A DNA stretch of 64,000 nucleotides from Zancudomyces culisetae HAW-14-8 (taxonomy: Eukaryota; Fungi; Kickxellomycota). Below are positions 63,054 to 64,000 of the stretch, piece after piece (within the stretch, counting starts at the first letter, position 1; each line of letters opens with the position of its first letter). The notes beneath the pieces were generated by a model, which saw only the letters and a list, made by a program, of their open reading frames with translations, was not told where the DNA came from and ran no database searches. The stretch spans positions 558,001 to 622,000 of the forward strand of contig JBNJNM010000006.1 of assembly GCA_052426225.1 (NCBI GenBank), in the 5' to 3' direction. Both the position numbers and the translations under genes were made by a program.

Positions 63054-64000
63054 ATGACGCAAATCCTGCATGAAAACCTCATACCAGATCCCTTTACTGA
63101 ACAAGTAACAGTAAGAAATTACTTTGATGGTGAATGGCATGAACCCTCCAATGGCCAGTATCTGGATAACTACAACCCAAGTACAGGCAAAGTATACAGC
63201 AAAATCCCAGATTCCTCTGCCGAAGATGTAAGTCGAGCAGTTGCGGCGGCAAAAAAGGCATTTCCAGTGTGGAGCACCACCGACAAGGAGACAAGAGCAA
63301 AGCTCGTTCACAAGCTAGCTGACCTACTTGAGGAAAATTTGGAAGCCTTTGCGCAATACGAAACCATGGACCAAGGAAAAACTCTTACAATGTCCAGAAA
63401 TGTGGATATCGCGCGGGCTGTGTACAACTTTAGATATTTCGCAAATCTCCTGACAGGACAGACAACCGAGCACGTCGGCGAAACCAAATATATGAAGATG
63501 GTTACAGATTCCGCTGGTGCTCCTATAAAGGCTAATGCGCTTAGCTATACCAACAGAACACCTGTGGGTGTTGCAGGTCTCATAAGCCCCTGGAATCTTC
63601 CTTTATATCTGCTCACATGGAAGATCGCACCATGCATCGTTGCTGGAAATACATGTGTCTGTAAGCCAAGTGAATTTACAAGTGTTACTGCTATGATGCT
63701 TACAAGACTGGTTAAGGCAGCAGGTATTCCTGATGGTGTCATAAACATGGTCTTCGGGCTTGGCGCATCCGTTGGAAATAGCATTGTCACACACCCTGAT
63801 GTTCCATTGATCTCTTTCACAGGGGGGACAGTTACAGGAAAGCACATTGCTCGGACCGCAGCCCCATTATTTAAACATATATCTCTAGAACTTGGAGGCA
63901 AAAACCCAGCACTGGTGTTTGCGGATTCAAACTATGACGAGACTTTGACTTCATTGGTCAAGGCTTCATTCTTGAATCAGGGAGAAATTTGCCTGTGCCC
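63054..64000 (+). CDS. ALDH8A1: 2-aminomuconate 6-semialdehyde dehydrogenase (ALDH8A1-like), 5' part; runs off the right edge
   Basis: Open frame from ATG 63054, absent from the ORF track because it has no stop in the window: YNPSTG, DQGKT, DIARAVYNFRYFA, PVGVAGLISPWNLPLYLLTWKIAP, KPSEFTS, SFTGGT, LELGGKNP (Glu), NQGEICLC (Cys). Confidence 0.93.
   Translation, partial: MTQILHENLIPDPFTEQVTVRNYFDGEWHEPSNGQYLDNYNPSTGKVYSKIPDSSAEDVSRAVAAAKKAFPVWSTTDKETRAKLVHKLADLLEENLEAFAQYETMDQGKTLTMSRNVDIARAVYNFRYFANLLTGQTTEHVGETKYMKMVTDSAGAPIKANALSYTNRTPVGVAGLISPWNLPLYLLTWKIAPCIVAGNTCVCKPSEFTSVTAMMLTRLVKAAGIPDGVINMVFGLGASVGNSIVTHPDVPLISFTGGTVTGKHIARTAAPLFKHISLELGGKNPALVFADSNYDETLTSLVKASFLNQGEICLC

Noticed and set aside
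122-63901. Many 60-190 aa ORFs antisense to or overlapping real genes, or in AT-rich spacers (e.g. 14170-14730, 18656-19069, 63545-63901)
   Set aside because: Shadow frames of genuine CDSs or low-complexity F/L/I/K-rich chance ORFs, often with non-ATG starts and no domain signatures.

Overview
AT-rich, gene-dense eukaryotic DNA with short GT-AG introns. The gene set and protein sequences look fungal, most likely an early-diverging non-Dikarya lineage such as Zoopagomycota; this is inference and cannot be confirmed here. About 23 protein-coding genes can be supported: PRS, THR4, ALO1, TAN1, SEN2, a class IV aminotransferase-like protein, an LRR protein, GUA1, KEX1, a GPI cell-wall protein, an RBM42-like RRM protein, a DUF2423 protein, ORC3, COA6, GET5, SPO71-like, RSAD1/HemW, PCP1 rhomboid, SFC1, CDO1, an SLM1-like BAR-PH protein, and three genes at the right end. 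Two things stand out. (1) At 57.5-64 kb three adjacent genes encode three consecutive steps of 3-hydroxyanthranilate/tryptophan ring catabolism: ACMSD, an ALDH8A1-type 2-aminomuconate-semialdehyde dehydrogenase, and an intron-containing Rid-family protein with the SG.SSRRPDN signature of bacterial NbaF-type 2-aminomuconate deaminase. This is the nbaD-E-F segment as a eukaryotic gene cluster, and it runs off the window edge. (2) At 31471-33561 a Ty3/gypsy-derived element (LTR, PBS, gag, decayed protease) is closed by an inverted 254-bp copy of its own LTR start, giving TG...CA terminal inverted repeats. No rRNA, tRNA or CRISPR features could be supported.
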